From positions 1 to 60,367 of the IMG/VR virus record IMGVR_UViG_3300016466_000235: a stretch of 60,367 bases of DNA; one strand, 5' to 3'. This document shows, piece by piece, positions 9,387 through 19,065 of the stretch. Numbering within the stretch: position 1 is the first letter of the stretch; the number at the start of each line of letters is the position of its first letter. Below the pieces are notes generated by a model that was not told where the DNA came from, ran no database searches, and worked only from the letters and a program-made list of their open reading frames with translations. This stretch comes from a virus. Taxonomy: Duplodnaviria > Caudoviricetes. Position numbers and translations under genes: made by a program.

Positions 9387-9524
9387 ATGCATAACCAACC
9401 CAAACCGGTACCTGTGCCTAACACCGCAGGTTACCCAAACAACATCCCCAGCACACAGACTGTTAAGACTCGTGGCACCGGGGCTGCAACCAAAGGCACA
9501 AAGTCTTCTAAAAAGCTCGGATGA
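9387..9524 (+). CDS. 45-aa basic protein absent from the ORF track
   Basis: AGGAG RBS; MHNQPKPVPVPNTAGYPNNIPSTQTVKTRGTGAATKGTKSSKKLG; ATGA overlap with the next gene. Confidence 0.7.
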   Translation: MHNQPKPVPVPNTAGYPNNIPSTQTVKTRGTGAATKGTKSSKKLG

Positions 9525-10201
9525 ACTACGCAACTTTGTTCAAAACAATTCAAGGCTACGTTGAGAACGACTTCCCAGCGGAGACGCTCGCGTCTTCAAC
9601 TGGCGGTACGGTTAGCTTTACGTCCAAAGAACAGATTGACACGTTCATACGACAGGCTGAGCAGAGGATTTTTAACTCGGTTCAGTTTCCTGACTTCCGT
9701 AAAAACCAGACCGGCACAACGACCGGCAGTAATAAATACCTAGCCACCCCGGTTGACTTTCTTGCTCCTTACTCTTTGGCGGTAGTAAATCCAACTACCA
9801 GTGAGTATGAGTATCTTCTAAATAAAGATGTAAATTACATCCGGGCAGCTTACCCCAATCCTGCCACCACGGGAATTCCAAAATACTACGCTCTGTTTGA
9901 TAGCAATACATTTATTCTTGGGCCGACCCCGGCGGCAAACTATGCGGTGGAGTTGCATTATTTCTATTATCCTGAGTCGATTGTTACTGCTGGAAATACA
10001 TGGCTTGGAGATAATTTTGACTCTGCCCTACTATACGGCGCTTTAGTCGAAGGATATACGTTTATGAAGGGAGAGCCAGATGTTATTGCTAATTACAACA
10101 AGCGTTACGAAGAAGCAATGATTCTGGCTAAACGTCTTGGTGACGGAATGGACAGGAGAGACAGTTACCGATCCGGTCAGATAAGGCTTTCGGTGAACTA
10201 A
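9521..10201 (+). CDS. tail tubular A-like/adaptor protein
   Basis: MNY..L...I..Y.EN, FI.QAE.RI, G.PKYYA, LGPTP, LLYGALVE. Confidence 0.7.
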   Translation: MNYATLFKTIQGYVENDFPAETLASSTGGTVSFTSKEQIDTFIRQAEQRIFNSVQFPDFRKNQTGTTTGSNKYLATPVDFLAPYSLAVVNPTTSEYEYLLNKDVNYIRAAYPNPATTGIPKYYALFDSNTFILGPTPAANYAVELHYFYYPESIVTAGNTWLGDNFDSALLYGALVEGYTFMKGEPDVIANYNKRYEEAMILAKRLGDGMDRRDSYRSGQIRLSVN

Positions 10202-10629
10202 TGGCTTTTACCGGAAACTTCACCTGTAACTCCTTTAAGACGGATCTGTTTAACGGAACCACCGACTTCTCTTCGACCACGACCTATAAGATCGCCCTAT
10301 ATACAAATGACGCTACGCTAAACGCTTCTACTACGGTCTACACGACTGTAGGTGAGGTGGTGGCTTCTGGCTACTCTGCTGGTGGGAATGTCCTTACCCC
10401 GACGGTTGGATCTACTGGCGGCACAGCATTTGTGAACTTTGCCAATACATCTTGGAGTTCCGCTCTGACTGCCCGTGGGGCTTTAATTTACAGATCAGGG
10501 ACTTACGGGGGTGTTACTAACCCCGCTGTTTGTGTTCTTGACTTTGGTGCAGACCGGACCTCTACAACGACATTCACTGTGCAGTTCCCTGCGACAAGCA
10601 GTACAACCGCTCTGATAAGGCTTGCTTGA
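10201..10629 (+). CDS. tail-associated structural protein
   Basis: SFK..LF.G...YKIALYT...GY.AGG..L...ARGALIY...VLDFG. Confidence 0.75.
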   Translation: MAFTGNFTCNSFKTDLFNGTTDFSSTTTYKIALYTNDATLNASTTVYTTVGEVVASGYSAGGNVLTPTVGSTGGTAFVNFANTSWSSALTARGALIYRSGTYGGVTNPAVCVLDFGADRTSTTTFTVQFPATSSTTALIRLA

Positions 10630-11486
10630 TGTTTACTTCCTTTCATTCTGATCCGCCGACAGTTTCAATTAAGCCGATCCCACCAAAGGAATGGATTCCG
10701 CTTGAGAACGTCAAGATGGAAGGGACTATTAATACCGAGATTGATATTGTTAAGGCGAATGTATTTACCAATGTCAGGCTTGGCTTTCAACAGGTAGAGC
10801 CGCACATCACAAACGATGTTGAGGTTATGTTAGTCGGCGGTGGACCGTCTTTGATTAAAGACATTGAAAAGATCCGAGAGCTGCGCGAGCAGGGCGTTAA
10901 GTTGATCTGCATGAACAACGCCTACCAATACTGTATTGATCAGGGTTTAAGTCCTTCTGCGCTGGTGATGGTGGATGCAAGGGCTTTTAACAGCCGATTT
11001 GTAACTACAGTCATTCCAGATTGCAAATATTTCATTGCTTCTCAGTGTAATCCTGAAATCTTTGCCAAGCTCCCCAAGGAGCAGACCTACATCTGGCACA
11101 CCGGGGCCGAGGAGGTTAGGGAGATTTTGTTGGAGAACTATGAAAGATGTTACCCAGTCCCCGGCGGCTCGACAGTCTTGTTGAGAGCGATCCCTTTGTT
11201 TAGAATGTTGGGATTCAAACGCTTCCATATTTTTGGCTGTGATTCATGCTTAGAAGACGGAGCGCACCATGCCTACTCCCAGCCTGAGAACGACGATCAG
11301 TCTGTGTATGTTGTAAAAGTCGGCGGCAAAGAATTTTTGTGTCACGCTTGGATGCTCGCACAGGCTAAAGAATTTATTGACTTAGTCCAATGCATGAGTG
11401 ATGTTATTGAACTAGAAATCTACGGCGGCTTGCTCCGTCAAATCTTGCAATCTGGCGCTGACCGCGCCGCTCTAGAGGAGTTTTGA
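10629..11486 (+). CDS. MptE-like/DUF115 (Maf-type) Rossmann-fold transferase
   Basis: LVGGGPSL, ICMNNAY, MVDAR, IASQC, GGSTV, LGFKRFHIFGCDS. Confidence 0.7.
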   Translation: MFTSFHSDPPTVSIKPIPPKEWIPLENVKMEGTINTEIDIVKANVFTNVRLGFQQVEPHITNDVEVMLVGGGPSLIKDIEKIRELREQGVKLICMNNAYQYCIDQGLSPSALVMVDARAFNSRFVTTVIPDCKYFIASQCNPEIFAKLPKEQTYIWHTGAEEVREILLENYERCYPVPGGSTVLLRAIPLFRMLGFKRFHIFGCDSCLEDGAHHAYSQPENDDQSVYVVKVGGKEFLCHAWMLAQAKEFIDLVQCMSDVIELEIYGGLLRQILQSGADRAALEEF

Positions 11487-11487
11487 A

Positions 11488-11955
11488 ATGGCTGCTTCAG
11501 CATGGACACTTTACAACGATGGCAAGCGTTACATCGGTAACGGCACCATCCAACTCGGGGCAGGTGGAACCGGAAACTTTAAGATTGCTTTGTTTCGGAC
11601 ATCTGGTAGTGCGACTGTAACCAACTTGGCTATCAGTACCTTTGCTTCTCTTACGGTTGCTCAGGTTTCTGCTACGGGCGGTTATGTTGCTGGTGGAAAG
11701 GCGATTGCTCCAGTTACAGGTCAGTGGACCACAGGCGCTTCGGCTTCTCAGATGAAGTTCACTTATACGACCGCTGGGCTTACTTTTACAGCGTCTGGGT
11801 CTTCAATTAACAACATCCGCTATGCGGTGCTTTATGAGTCCTCCGCCGGTAAGCTTTTGTGTTATGCGGCTCTGTCTACGGTTCAGTTTACTGTAGCTTC
11901 CCCTAACACCTTGACAATTCTGCCTGCTGCGACCGGTGTATTTACCCTGACCTAG
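11488..11955 (+). CDS. tail-associated structural protein, distant paralogue of 10201..10629
   Basis: FKIALF...GGYVAGG...RYAVLY. Confidence 0.7.
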   Translation: MAASAWTLYNDGKRYIGNGTIQLGAGGTGNFKIALFRTSGSATVTNLAISTFASLTVAQVSATGGYVAGGKAIAPVTGQWTTGASASQMKFTYTTAGLTFTASGSSINNIRYAVLYESSAGKLLCYAALSTVQFTVASPNTLTILPAATGVFTLT

Positions 11956-11964
11956 GAGCCTTAA

Positions 11965-12693
11965 ATGTCGGCTGGCTGGGGCATATCTCCATACGGGATA
12001 GGTAGTTTTGGAGGTTTAAACACCGTTACCCCCGGTGTGGTAGCTCTCACAGCCGCAGGTGTAGCTCCGTCTTTAAATGTTCAGATTGCCCCGGGGACTG
12101 ATTCTCTATCTTTAGTCGGAGTAGTACCGGAGTTAAACACACAGATCTCACCGGGATCAGACAGTCTCTCTGTAGTTGGGTTAGCCCCGTCTTTAAGTTT
12201 CACCATCGAACCGGGGACCAGAGCGGTTGTAGTAGCAGGTGTAGCACCCAGTCTGGCTGCAGAAATCTTTGTCGGTTCTGATTCTTTATCTTTAGTCGGG
12301 GTAGCGCCAGAGTTAAACACACAGATTGCACCCGGAACAAGGGCGCTTAGTATTGTTGAAGCGGCTCCGTCTTTAAGTTTCACGATTGAGCCGGGGACCA
12401 GATCTGTTTCAATAGTCGGGATCGCTCCAAAAGTAGATGCTGGAATTAAACCCGGAACAAGGGCGGTTTCAATTGTTGGAATTGCCCCGACCAGTGTAAT
12501 AGGTCATGTAAGAATCCCATCCACGAGGGCGCTTGTGTTAGTAGGATCTGTTCCTACCATAAACAACCCAAACTGGGTTAATATTGACGACAGTCAGACA
12601 CCAAACTGGACTGGAATATCCGATTCTCAGACACCAAACTGGACAAACATCCCTGACAGTCAGACACCAAATTGGCTGCCGGTCGCAGCATAG
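11965..12693 (+). CDS. repeat-rich tail fibre/shaft protein
   Basis: About nine 20-aa repeats of type I.PGT.SLS.VG.AP plus C-terminal WxxIxDSQTPN repeats. Confidence 0.75.
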   Translation: MSAGWGISPYGIGSFGGLNTVTPGVVALTAAGVAPSLNVQIAPGTDSLSLVGVVPELNTQISPGSDSLSVVGLAPSLSFTIEPGTRAVVVAGVAPSLAAEIFVGSDSLSLVGVAPELNTQIAPGTRALSIVEAAPSLSFTIEPGTRSVSIVGIAPKVDAGIKPGTRAVSIVGIAPTSVIGHVRIPSTRALVLVGSVPTINNPNWVNIDDSQTPNWTGISDSQTPNWTNIPDSQTPNWLPVAA

Positions 12694-12702
12694 GAGCTTT
12701 AA

Positions 12703-14664
12703 ATGACGGTTAACCGCACGACACTTTTGGATCTTCCGCTTCCGGTAACGGGCACTGAGTCTGGTACTTGGGGCAACGTAACGAACAACGGCCTGACCGA
12801 GTATGTGGATATTGCCATTGCGGGGATGTCTAACCTGACAAGTGCTAACTTTTCCACCGGCGCCCTGACGATTGAGACCACAGAGGGCGATTCAAACGGT
12901 ACAAATATCACAGCGACTAGCGCCCAGTATGCGGGGTTTAGGGTTTCTTCTCTGGCTCAGAACTCAATCATCACGGTAGGAAACACGGGGACAAACCCGG
13001 CAAGGTCTTACAGACTGATCAACGCAGATGCGACCTACACACTGACGTTTAAAGCCACAGGACAGAATGGGATCACGCTCCAACCGGGGCAGACAGCGGT
13101 TGTTGCGTTTAATGGTACGGACTATGTGATTGTCGGGATGGTTGGAGCAGGCACCGTTACAGATAATGCAGTAGTTCGATTTGACGGCACGACAGGAAAG
13201 CTTGTCCAGAACTCCGTAGTCACAATTGCTGACTCGACGGGTGATATTTCCGGGGTCGGCACTTTAAATGCCACGACAGCGGATCTGACAAACCTCGAAG
13301 TCACCAACCTAAAAGCTAAAGACGGTACTGCTGCTGGTTCTATTGCAGACTCTACGGGTGTAGTGACTCTTGCGTCATCTGTCCTGACTACTACGGACAT
13401 TAACGGTGGCACGATTGATAACACTACTATCGGTGGCGCTACTCCTGCGGTGGGTTCGTTTACGCAGGTAAATGCAGATAACCTCCGACTAGATGGTAAT
13501 GCACTCACCTCTACAAACTCCAACGGCAACATTGACCTAACGCCTAACGGTACTGGTGAAGTCAACATCAGTAAGGTTGATATTGATTCAGGTGCTATCG
13601 ACGGCACTGCTATTGGTGCTAATTCTGCGAGTACAGGTGCGTTTACTACTCTGTCTGCTAGTTCTACTGCGACGTTTGCTGCTGGTGCGGTAGGCACTCC
13701 TTCTATTACGACTGCTGGAGATACCAACACAGGCATCTTCTTCCCTGCTGCGGATACGATTGCTTTTGCAGAGGGTGGTGCAGAGGCGATGCGTATCGAC
13801 TCCTCGGGTAATGTTGGTATTGGTGTAACGTCTCCAGCAAATAAGTTAGATGTAGCGGGAGATTCGTCTGCTTCTGCTCGTTTGCAATTAGCACGATATT
13901 CTGCTGATGCAGGCGGTTCAAATATGTTCTTGTTTAAATCAAGAAACGCCACAATTGGAAGTCAAACAGTTGTTCAAAGTGGTGATGCTTTAGGAACAAT
14001 TAACTGGTCGGGATCAGATGGAACTGACGCAGAGGTTGCAGCCTCTATTTCTGCTGCGGTTGACGGCACACCCGGCACAAACGATATGCCGGGAAGATTG
14101 GTTTTTAGCACAACCCCAGATGGATCAGGTACACCAACAGAACGCATGCGTATTAGCGCAGACGGCACAATTAAAACAAGTTCTACTATTTCAGTAGGCA
14201 ACGCAACACCATCAACTTCTGGTGCAGGCATCACCTTCCCCGCAACACAATCCGCATCCACAGACGCAAACACGCTGGATGATTATGAGGAAGGGACTTT
14301 TACATTAAGTAATGGTGGAAACACAACCTACACGACTAGGTCTGGCCGTTATACAAAAATAGGAAATTTTGTTAAATGTTCTTTTTTCCATAATATCAAT
14401 ACTATTGGAACAGGAAGTGCAACAACTTTATCAGGGCTTCCTTTTACTCCATCAAGCACAGCCCCAACAATCAATGGTGGAGTAGTAACTTATATAAGCG
14501 GTCTTGCGGTTTCAGCATTAGCAATTGGAGTTTATGCGGATAACGCCGCACAAATTATTTTTATGACAAGAAACGCAAACGATACTAATGCAACAACACA
14601 ATTACCAGCAGTAATGGGAAATAGTTTTGCAGTATATGCTGAAGTTTCATATTTAATCGATTAA
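12703..14664 (+). CDS. tail fibre/receptor-binding protein
   Basis: GTESGTWG.VTN anchor; RIDSSGNVGIG; C-terminal TLDDYEEGTFT...GRYTKIGN. Confidence 0.85.
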   Translation: MTVNRTTLLDLPLPVTGTESGTWGNVTNNGLTEYVDIAIAGMSNLTSANFSTGALTIETTEGDSNGTNITATSAQYAGFRVSSLAQNSIITVGNTGTNPARSYRLINADATYTLTFKATGQNGITLQPGQTAVVAFNGTDYVIVGMVGAGTVTDNAVVRFDGTTGKLVQNSVVTIADSTGDISGVGTLNATTADLTNLEVTNLKAKDGTAAGSIADSTGVVTLASSVLTTTDINGGTIDNTTIGGATPAVGSFTQVNADNLRLDGNALTSTNSNGNIDLTPNGTGEVNISKVDIDSGAIDGTAIGANSASTGAFTTLSASSTATFAAGAVGTPSITTAGDTNTGIFFPAADTIAFAEGGAEAMRIDSSGNVGIGVTSPANKLDVAGDSSASARLQLARYSADAGGSNMFLFKSRNATIGSQTVVQSGDALGTINWSGSDGTDAEVAASISAAVDGTPGTNDMPGRLVFSTTPDGSGTPTERMRISADGTIKTSSTISVGNATPSTSGAGITFPATQSASTDANTLDDYEEGTFTLSNGGNTTYTTRSGRYTKIGNFVKCSFFHNINTIGTGSATTLSGLPFTPSSTAPTINGGVVTYISGLAVSALAIGVYADNAAQIIFMTRNANDTNATTQLPAVMGNSFAVYAEVSYLID

Positions 14665-14713
14665 TTATCTACGCCGGACTAGCGTAGACGGATTTTTATA
14701 AAGGAGCATTAAC

Positions 14714-14962
14714 ATGGCAATTACTAAAGAAACCGTAGTAGACCAAATTACCGTAACCGAGAACGGCATCGTTCTGTACCGTGAGGCAACCCGCATCATC
14801 GAGGACGGCAAAGTCTTAACGCAAACCTACCATCGTTCAAGCCTCACGCCGGGACAGGACCTAACAGGCCAACCGGCTAACGTAGTTGCCATCTGCAACA
14901 CAGTTTGGACACCTGAAGTGATTGCGGCATATCAGGTTGCACTAGAAGCGAATAGACCGTAA
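14714..14962 (+). CDS. tail-fibre-associated small protein (putative assembly chaperone)
   Basis: Follows the fibre gene; VDQI.V.ENG...YHR...VWTPEVIAAY. Confidence 0.7.
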   Translation: MAITKETVVDQITVTENGIVLYREATRIIEDGKVLTQTYHRSSLTPGQDLTGQPANVVAICNTVWTPEVIAAYQVALEANRP

Positions 14963-15417
14963 TGCTGGTTGAACTCGCTGCTGCTAATGCCGCCTTCGCA
15001 GTCATTAAGGAGGCGATTAATAACAGTGGCGAATTAGTTCAGGCAGGGAAGGCGATTGCAGAATGGTTTGATGCGAAGTCTTCCCTCCAGAAGAAAGTAG
15101 AAGAAAAACCGTACGACCAGCGCAGCGACTTGGAAGAGTTCTTTGCGCTGGAGCAGTTAAAGCAACAGCAGGAAGAATTAAAGCAGATGATGATCTACCA
15201 AGGCCGACCTGGGCTTTGGGATGACTGGTTGATGTTTCAGGCAGAGGCCAAGCGCAAGCGAGACGCAGAGGCTAAACGCATCGAGCTAGAAGAAGCAGCA
15301 AGAAAAGAAGCAGATAAACAGGCCCTTATTACCATTGCTGCAGTCCTGAGCGGCATTTTAACCTGTAGTGGGCTAATATGGTTCACGGTGTATGTTATAA
15401 AGAACAGAGGTATATGA
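14962..15417 (+). CDS. hypothetical protein with C-terminal TM helix (lysis module)
   Basis: Coiled-coil plus terminal TM; coupled to both neighbours. Confidence 0.7.
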   Translation: MLVELAAANAAFAVIKEAINNSGELVQAGKAIAEWFDAKSSLQKKVEEKPYDQRSDLEEFFALEQLKQQQEELKQMMIYQGRPGLWDDWLMFQAEAKRKRDAEAKRIELEEAARKEADKQALITIAAVLSGILTCSGLIWFTVYVIKNRGI

Positions 15418-15920
15418 TGCTTTCGTTAATATCTACCATCATGGGGCTGCTAGTCTCAGGACTACCAAAGCTACTTGAGTTCTTCCAAGACCGTGCTGAC
15501 AAGGCTCACGAGATGAACCTGATGCGTCTTCAGTCTGAGCGGGAGCTGGCTTTGGCTGCACAAGGCTTTGCCGCACAGGCTCGGATGGAGGAGATCCGCA
15601 CGGAGCAGGTCATGATGGAGACCACGGCTGAGATGACAAAAGCCGCTCTGAAGCATGATGAGAAGGTCTTGGACAGGGCTCATAAATGGGTGGCGTCTTA
15701 TGTCGGAACGGTGAGGCCCACGGTTACCTACATTTTCGTGCTTGAGCTGGTTGGGATCAATGTCTGGCTGTGCTACTTCTTGTGGAGCAATCCCCAGCTA
15801 ATTAACTCAATTGACGACGTGATTCGTTATGCTGACATCGTGTTTTCCTCAGACGAAATGGCCATGCTTGGCGGGATTATCGGGTTTTGGTTTGGAAGCC
15901 GAGGCTGGAGTAAGCGATGA
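15414..15920 (+). CDS. putative holin (3TM, GTA-holin-like)
   Basis: VRPTVTY and IIGFWFGSR motifs; TM segments; directly precedes the lysozyme. Confidence 0.7.
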   Translation: MMLSLISTIMGLLVSGLPKLLEFFQDRADKAHEMNLMRLQSERELALAAQGFAAQARMEEIRTEQVMMETTAEMTKAALKHDEKVLDRAHKWVASYVGTVRPTVTYIFVLELVGINVWLCYFLWSNPQLINSIDDVIRYADIVFSSDEMAMLGGIIGFWFGSRGWSKR

Positions 15921-16432
15921 AGGTCTCCGAGGAAGCTCGGAAAATGATCACGCACCACGAGGGGGTGCGATTCAAGCCATACAGATGTCCGGCTGATTTG
16001 TGGACTGTGGGCGTTGGGTCGGTGCTTTACCCTGAGCAGAATAAATTGCCAATGGTGAGGAAGAATGGATACACTGGGGCACTCCGCAAGGATTACGGTT
16101 TACACCCGCCGGATAGCAGAATCTGGTCGAAGGAGGAGGTTATGGCTCTCCTTGAGAAAGACCTGGGTCGTTTTGAGCGTGGTGTTATTCGATATTGCCC
16201 TAGCGTATTGGGCCACCAGGCAGCTTTTGACGCTTTTGTCAGTCTGAGTTTTAACATCGGGTTAGGTGCTTTTCAGCGCTCTTCCGTCCGAATGCGACAT
16301 AACCGAGGGGACTACCAAGGGGCTGCAGATGCGTTTATGATGTGGACTAAAGCAGGTCCCCGTGTGCTTCCAGGACTGGTCAAGCGCCGCAAAGATGAAC
16401 GTGAACTTTATTTGAGCGACTATGGCCAATAA
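15917..16432 (+). CDS. endolysin, GH24 phage lysozyme
   Basis: HEG...PYRCPA..WTVGVG (E-C-T triad), FNIG.GAF, GLVKRR..E. Confidence 0.92.
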   Translation: MKVSEEARKMITHHEGVRFKPYRCPADLWTVGVGSVLYPEQNKLPMVRKNGYTGALRKDYGLHPPDSRIWSKEEVMALLEKDLGRFERGVIRYCPSVLGHQAAFDAFVSLSFNIGLGAFQRSSVRMRHNRGDYQGAADAFMMWTKAGPRVLPGLVKRRKDERELYLSDYGQ

Positions 16433-17146
16433 CTACACGCTTTTTTTAGCACTCCAATACTTTTTAGAAATTTCAGAACGCTTTGCCTTGAATTCAGCGC
16501 TTTGTAGAGTAGCGCGTCTTTTTTCAGCTATTTCTGGATCACTGTTTAGTTTCTTGTGGGATTCCCTTATGGGGTTGTTTGGGTCAAGCAAACGTTGTCT
16601 CGCAGTTTCTTTGAAAGCCTCGGTATGCTTAAGCTTGCCCCTCCTTGCTTCCATCATTTTTTCTCTAAAAACAGGGTCAGCCCACTTGGCTTTCATTTTG
16701 GCGCGGGCCTGCTCGCTTTTAGCAGGGTTGTTTTCTCCGCTCATTCGAGCCCTCATTTCTGGTGACCGCATTTTCTCAATTACCTTGGCGCGTACCTCAG
16801 GTTGCATCATGGGATTAAATACTTTTAATCGTTCGCGCATAGCTTGTTTGGCTTCTTCTGACACGTTTTTGCGCCCCTCACCCCCACTGCGTAAATTTGT
16901 TAAAGAGCCTGTTCCGGTCTGGATGCGCCCAAACTTTTCAATCAGATCTTTTTCAAGCTGCTGTGCGGCTTCAAGGGTTTCCGTCCTATGAAGTTCTACC
17001 ACAACATTTTTTCTGCCAACTTCTTCAAGTTTTTGCTTGCAAAGCCATCCTCGTCCGCCGGACAATGTGGGATCTGTGCGCGACTTGTTTTTGGACATGC
17101 CAACATAAAATGGGGTGTCTTCAAATTTCCAAACGTACACGAACAT
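16433..17146 (-). mobile_element. free-standing GIY-YIG-like homing endonuclease with NUMOD3-type repeats, antisense to the late operon
   Basis: FVYVW...PFYVG...R...E..LI...G.LTN..SGGEG; repeated NP..PE.RAK helices. Confidence 0.75.
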
Positions 17147-17187
17147 TTTTTGCTCCCAGTTAATACCATACCGAGAGTGTAGCGCAA

Positions 17188-19065
17188 ATGTTCATAAAAC
17201 TCAACTTCCGACCGGGGGTCAACCGGGACCAGACTAGCTATTCAGGCGAGGGTGGCTGGTTTGAATGTAATAAGATCCGGTTCTTTTCTGGGTTTCCTCA
17301 GAAGCTTGGCGGCTGGCTAAAGACTTCCCCTAATTCTTTTCTTGGTGTCTGCCGACAAATGTGGAACTGGGTCACCACATTTGGTGATGATCTGCTTGCG
17401 GTCGGTACAAATAATCATGTCTACATCGAGGTTGGTGGGTTCTTTTATAACATCACCCCGCTCAGAGCTACGCTCACCACCCCGGCTACAGATAACTGCG
17501 TAGACACAACCAACGGCTCTACCACAGTTAACATAAATGTTAACGCACACGGATGTACAACAGGTGACTTTGTCATAATTTCCGGCGTAACAGGAAATCC
17601 GGGTGGTGTGCCGAATACAGAGATTAATACCGAACACGAAGTCACGGTAGTAAACGCAAATAACTTCACCATCACGGTCACGACCGCAGCTACAAGCACC
17701 ACAACCGCAGGCGGCACTGCAATCGTAATCAAATGTCAAATCTCTCCGGGGTATGCCTCCACTACATATGGATACGGATGGGGAACAAGCGGTTGGGGTT
17801 CTTTTGGATGGGGCCTTGGTGGTGCAAACCCAATTAACCTTCAGCAGAGAGACTGGTGGTTTGATAACTTCGATAATGACCTAGTAATGAATATCCGTAA
17901 CGGGGCTATTTATTACTGGGAAAGAGGCTCTACCACATCTCCTTCTACAGCCCTCTCTACACCAGCAGTCTTACTATCCTCCCTCACGGGGGCAAACTCA
18001 GTTCCTAATAAGGCGATGCAGGTTTTAGTCTCTCAGAACGATAAACATCTTCTGGCTCTAGGATGCCAACCTTATGGTGGTGCATCTACAGATTTTGATC
18101 CTCTTTTAATCCGCTGGTCTAGTCAGGACGAACCGCAGGTCTGGAACCCAACCAACGCTAACTCGGCTGGATTTATCCGGGTTTCACGGGGATCGAACAT
18201 TATCCGTGGGCTGGCGACCCGTCAGGAGATTCTGGTCTGGACCAACTCAAGCCTTTATTCACTTCAGTATGTCGGAACCACAGATGTCTTTGCTCTTCAA
18301 GAGTTGGGTGACAATATCTCAATCATCAGCCCCCGGGCGGTCGCCACGGCTAACAACGTCACCTACTGGATGGGGCAGGACAAGTTCTATGTCTACAACG
18401 GTCAGATCCAAACACTCCCAACCACACTGAGGCAACATGTATTTCAAGATCTCAACTTTGATCAGGTGGACCAGATCGTTGCTGGTACGAATGAGGGTTT
18501 TACCGAAATCTGGTGGTTCTATCCGAGTGCAAATTCCAACTGGAACGACCGGTATGTCATCTTCAACCACCTCGAAAACGCATGGTATTACGGCACTATT
18601 GTCCGCACAGCGTGGCTCGACACGGCGATAAGGGGTAACCCCATCGGAGCTTCTACCACATCGGGAGCGTCTTCAGGGTACCTCTATGAACATGAAGTTG
18701 GTGTAAACGACGACACCTTAGCAATGGATTCTTATATTCAGTCTTCAGACTTTGACCTTGGGGACGGGGAGCAGTTTATGCTAACCCGCCGGATGCTGCC
18801 TGATATTAACTTTAGTAACTCTACTGCGGCTGCACCAGAAGTCACGCTGACTATAAAACCCAAAAGGTTCCCGGGAACAGCTTACACTAACGACGCAACA
18901 GACTCTCAGCCCGTCATCGAGACTTCAGTAGATCAGTACACAAGTCAGGTCTTTGTCCGTGCCAGAGGGAGGCAGATGGCGTTTAAAATTGCATCTGATG
19001 ATCTAGGGGTTCAGTGGCAGCTGGGTTCGGTTCGACTGGATGCGCGTCTGGATGGCAGAAGATAA
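17188..19065 (+). CDS. tail tubular B/nozzle (stabilisation) protein
   Basis: KL.FRPGVN, IRWSSQD, YWMGQDKFYVYNG, EIWWFYPS, RTAW, RARGRQ, DGRR. Confidence 0.85.
   Translation: MFIKLNFRPGVNRDQTSYSGEGGWFECNKIRFFSGFPQKLGGWLKTSPNSFLGVCRQMWNWVTTFGDDLLAVGTNNHVYIEVGGFFYNITPLRATLTTPATDNCVDTTNGSTTVNINVNAHGCTTGDFVIISGVTGNPGGVPNTEINTEHEVTVVNANNFTITVTTAATSTTTAGGTAIVIKCQISPGYASTTYGYGWGTSGWGSFGWGLGGANPINLQQRDWWFDNFDNDLVMNIRNGAIYYWERGSTTSPSTALSTPAVLLSSLTGANSVPNKAMQVLVSQNDKHLLALGCQPYGGASTDFDPLLIRWSSQDEPQVWNPTNANSAGFIRVSRGSNIIRGLATRQEILVWTNSSLYSLQYVGTTDVFALQELGDNISIISPRAVATANNVTYWMGQDKFYVYNGQIQTLPTTLRQHVFQDLNFDQVDQIVAGTNEGFTEIWWFYPSANSNWNDRYVIFNHLENAWYYGTIVRTAWLDTAIRGNPIGASTTSGASSGYLYEHEVGVNDDTLAMDSYIQSSDFDLGDGEQFMLTRRMLPDINFSNSTAAAPEVTLTIKPKRFPGTAYTNDATDSQPVIETSVDQYTSQVFVRARGRQMAFKIASDDLGVQWQLGSVRLDARLDGRR

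Noticed and set aside
16433-17187. Group I intron around the endonuclease
   Set aside because: The ORF fills nearly the whole interval in antisense, leaving no room for a ribozyme core.
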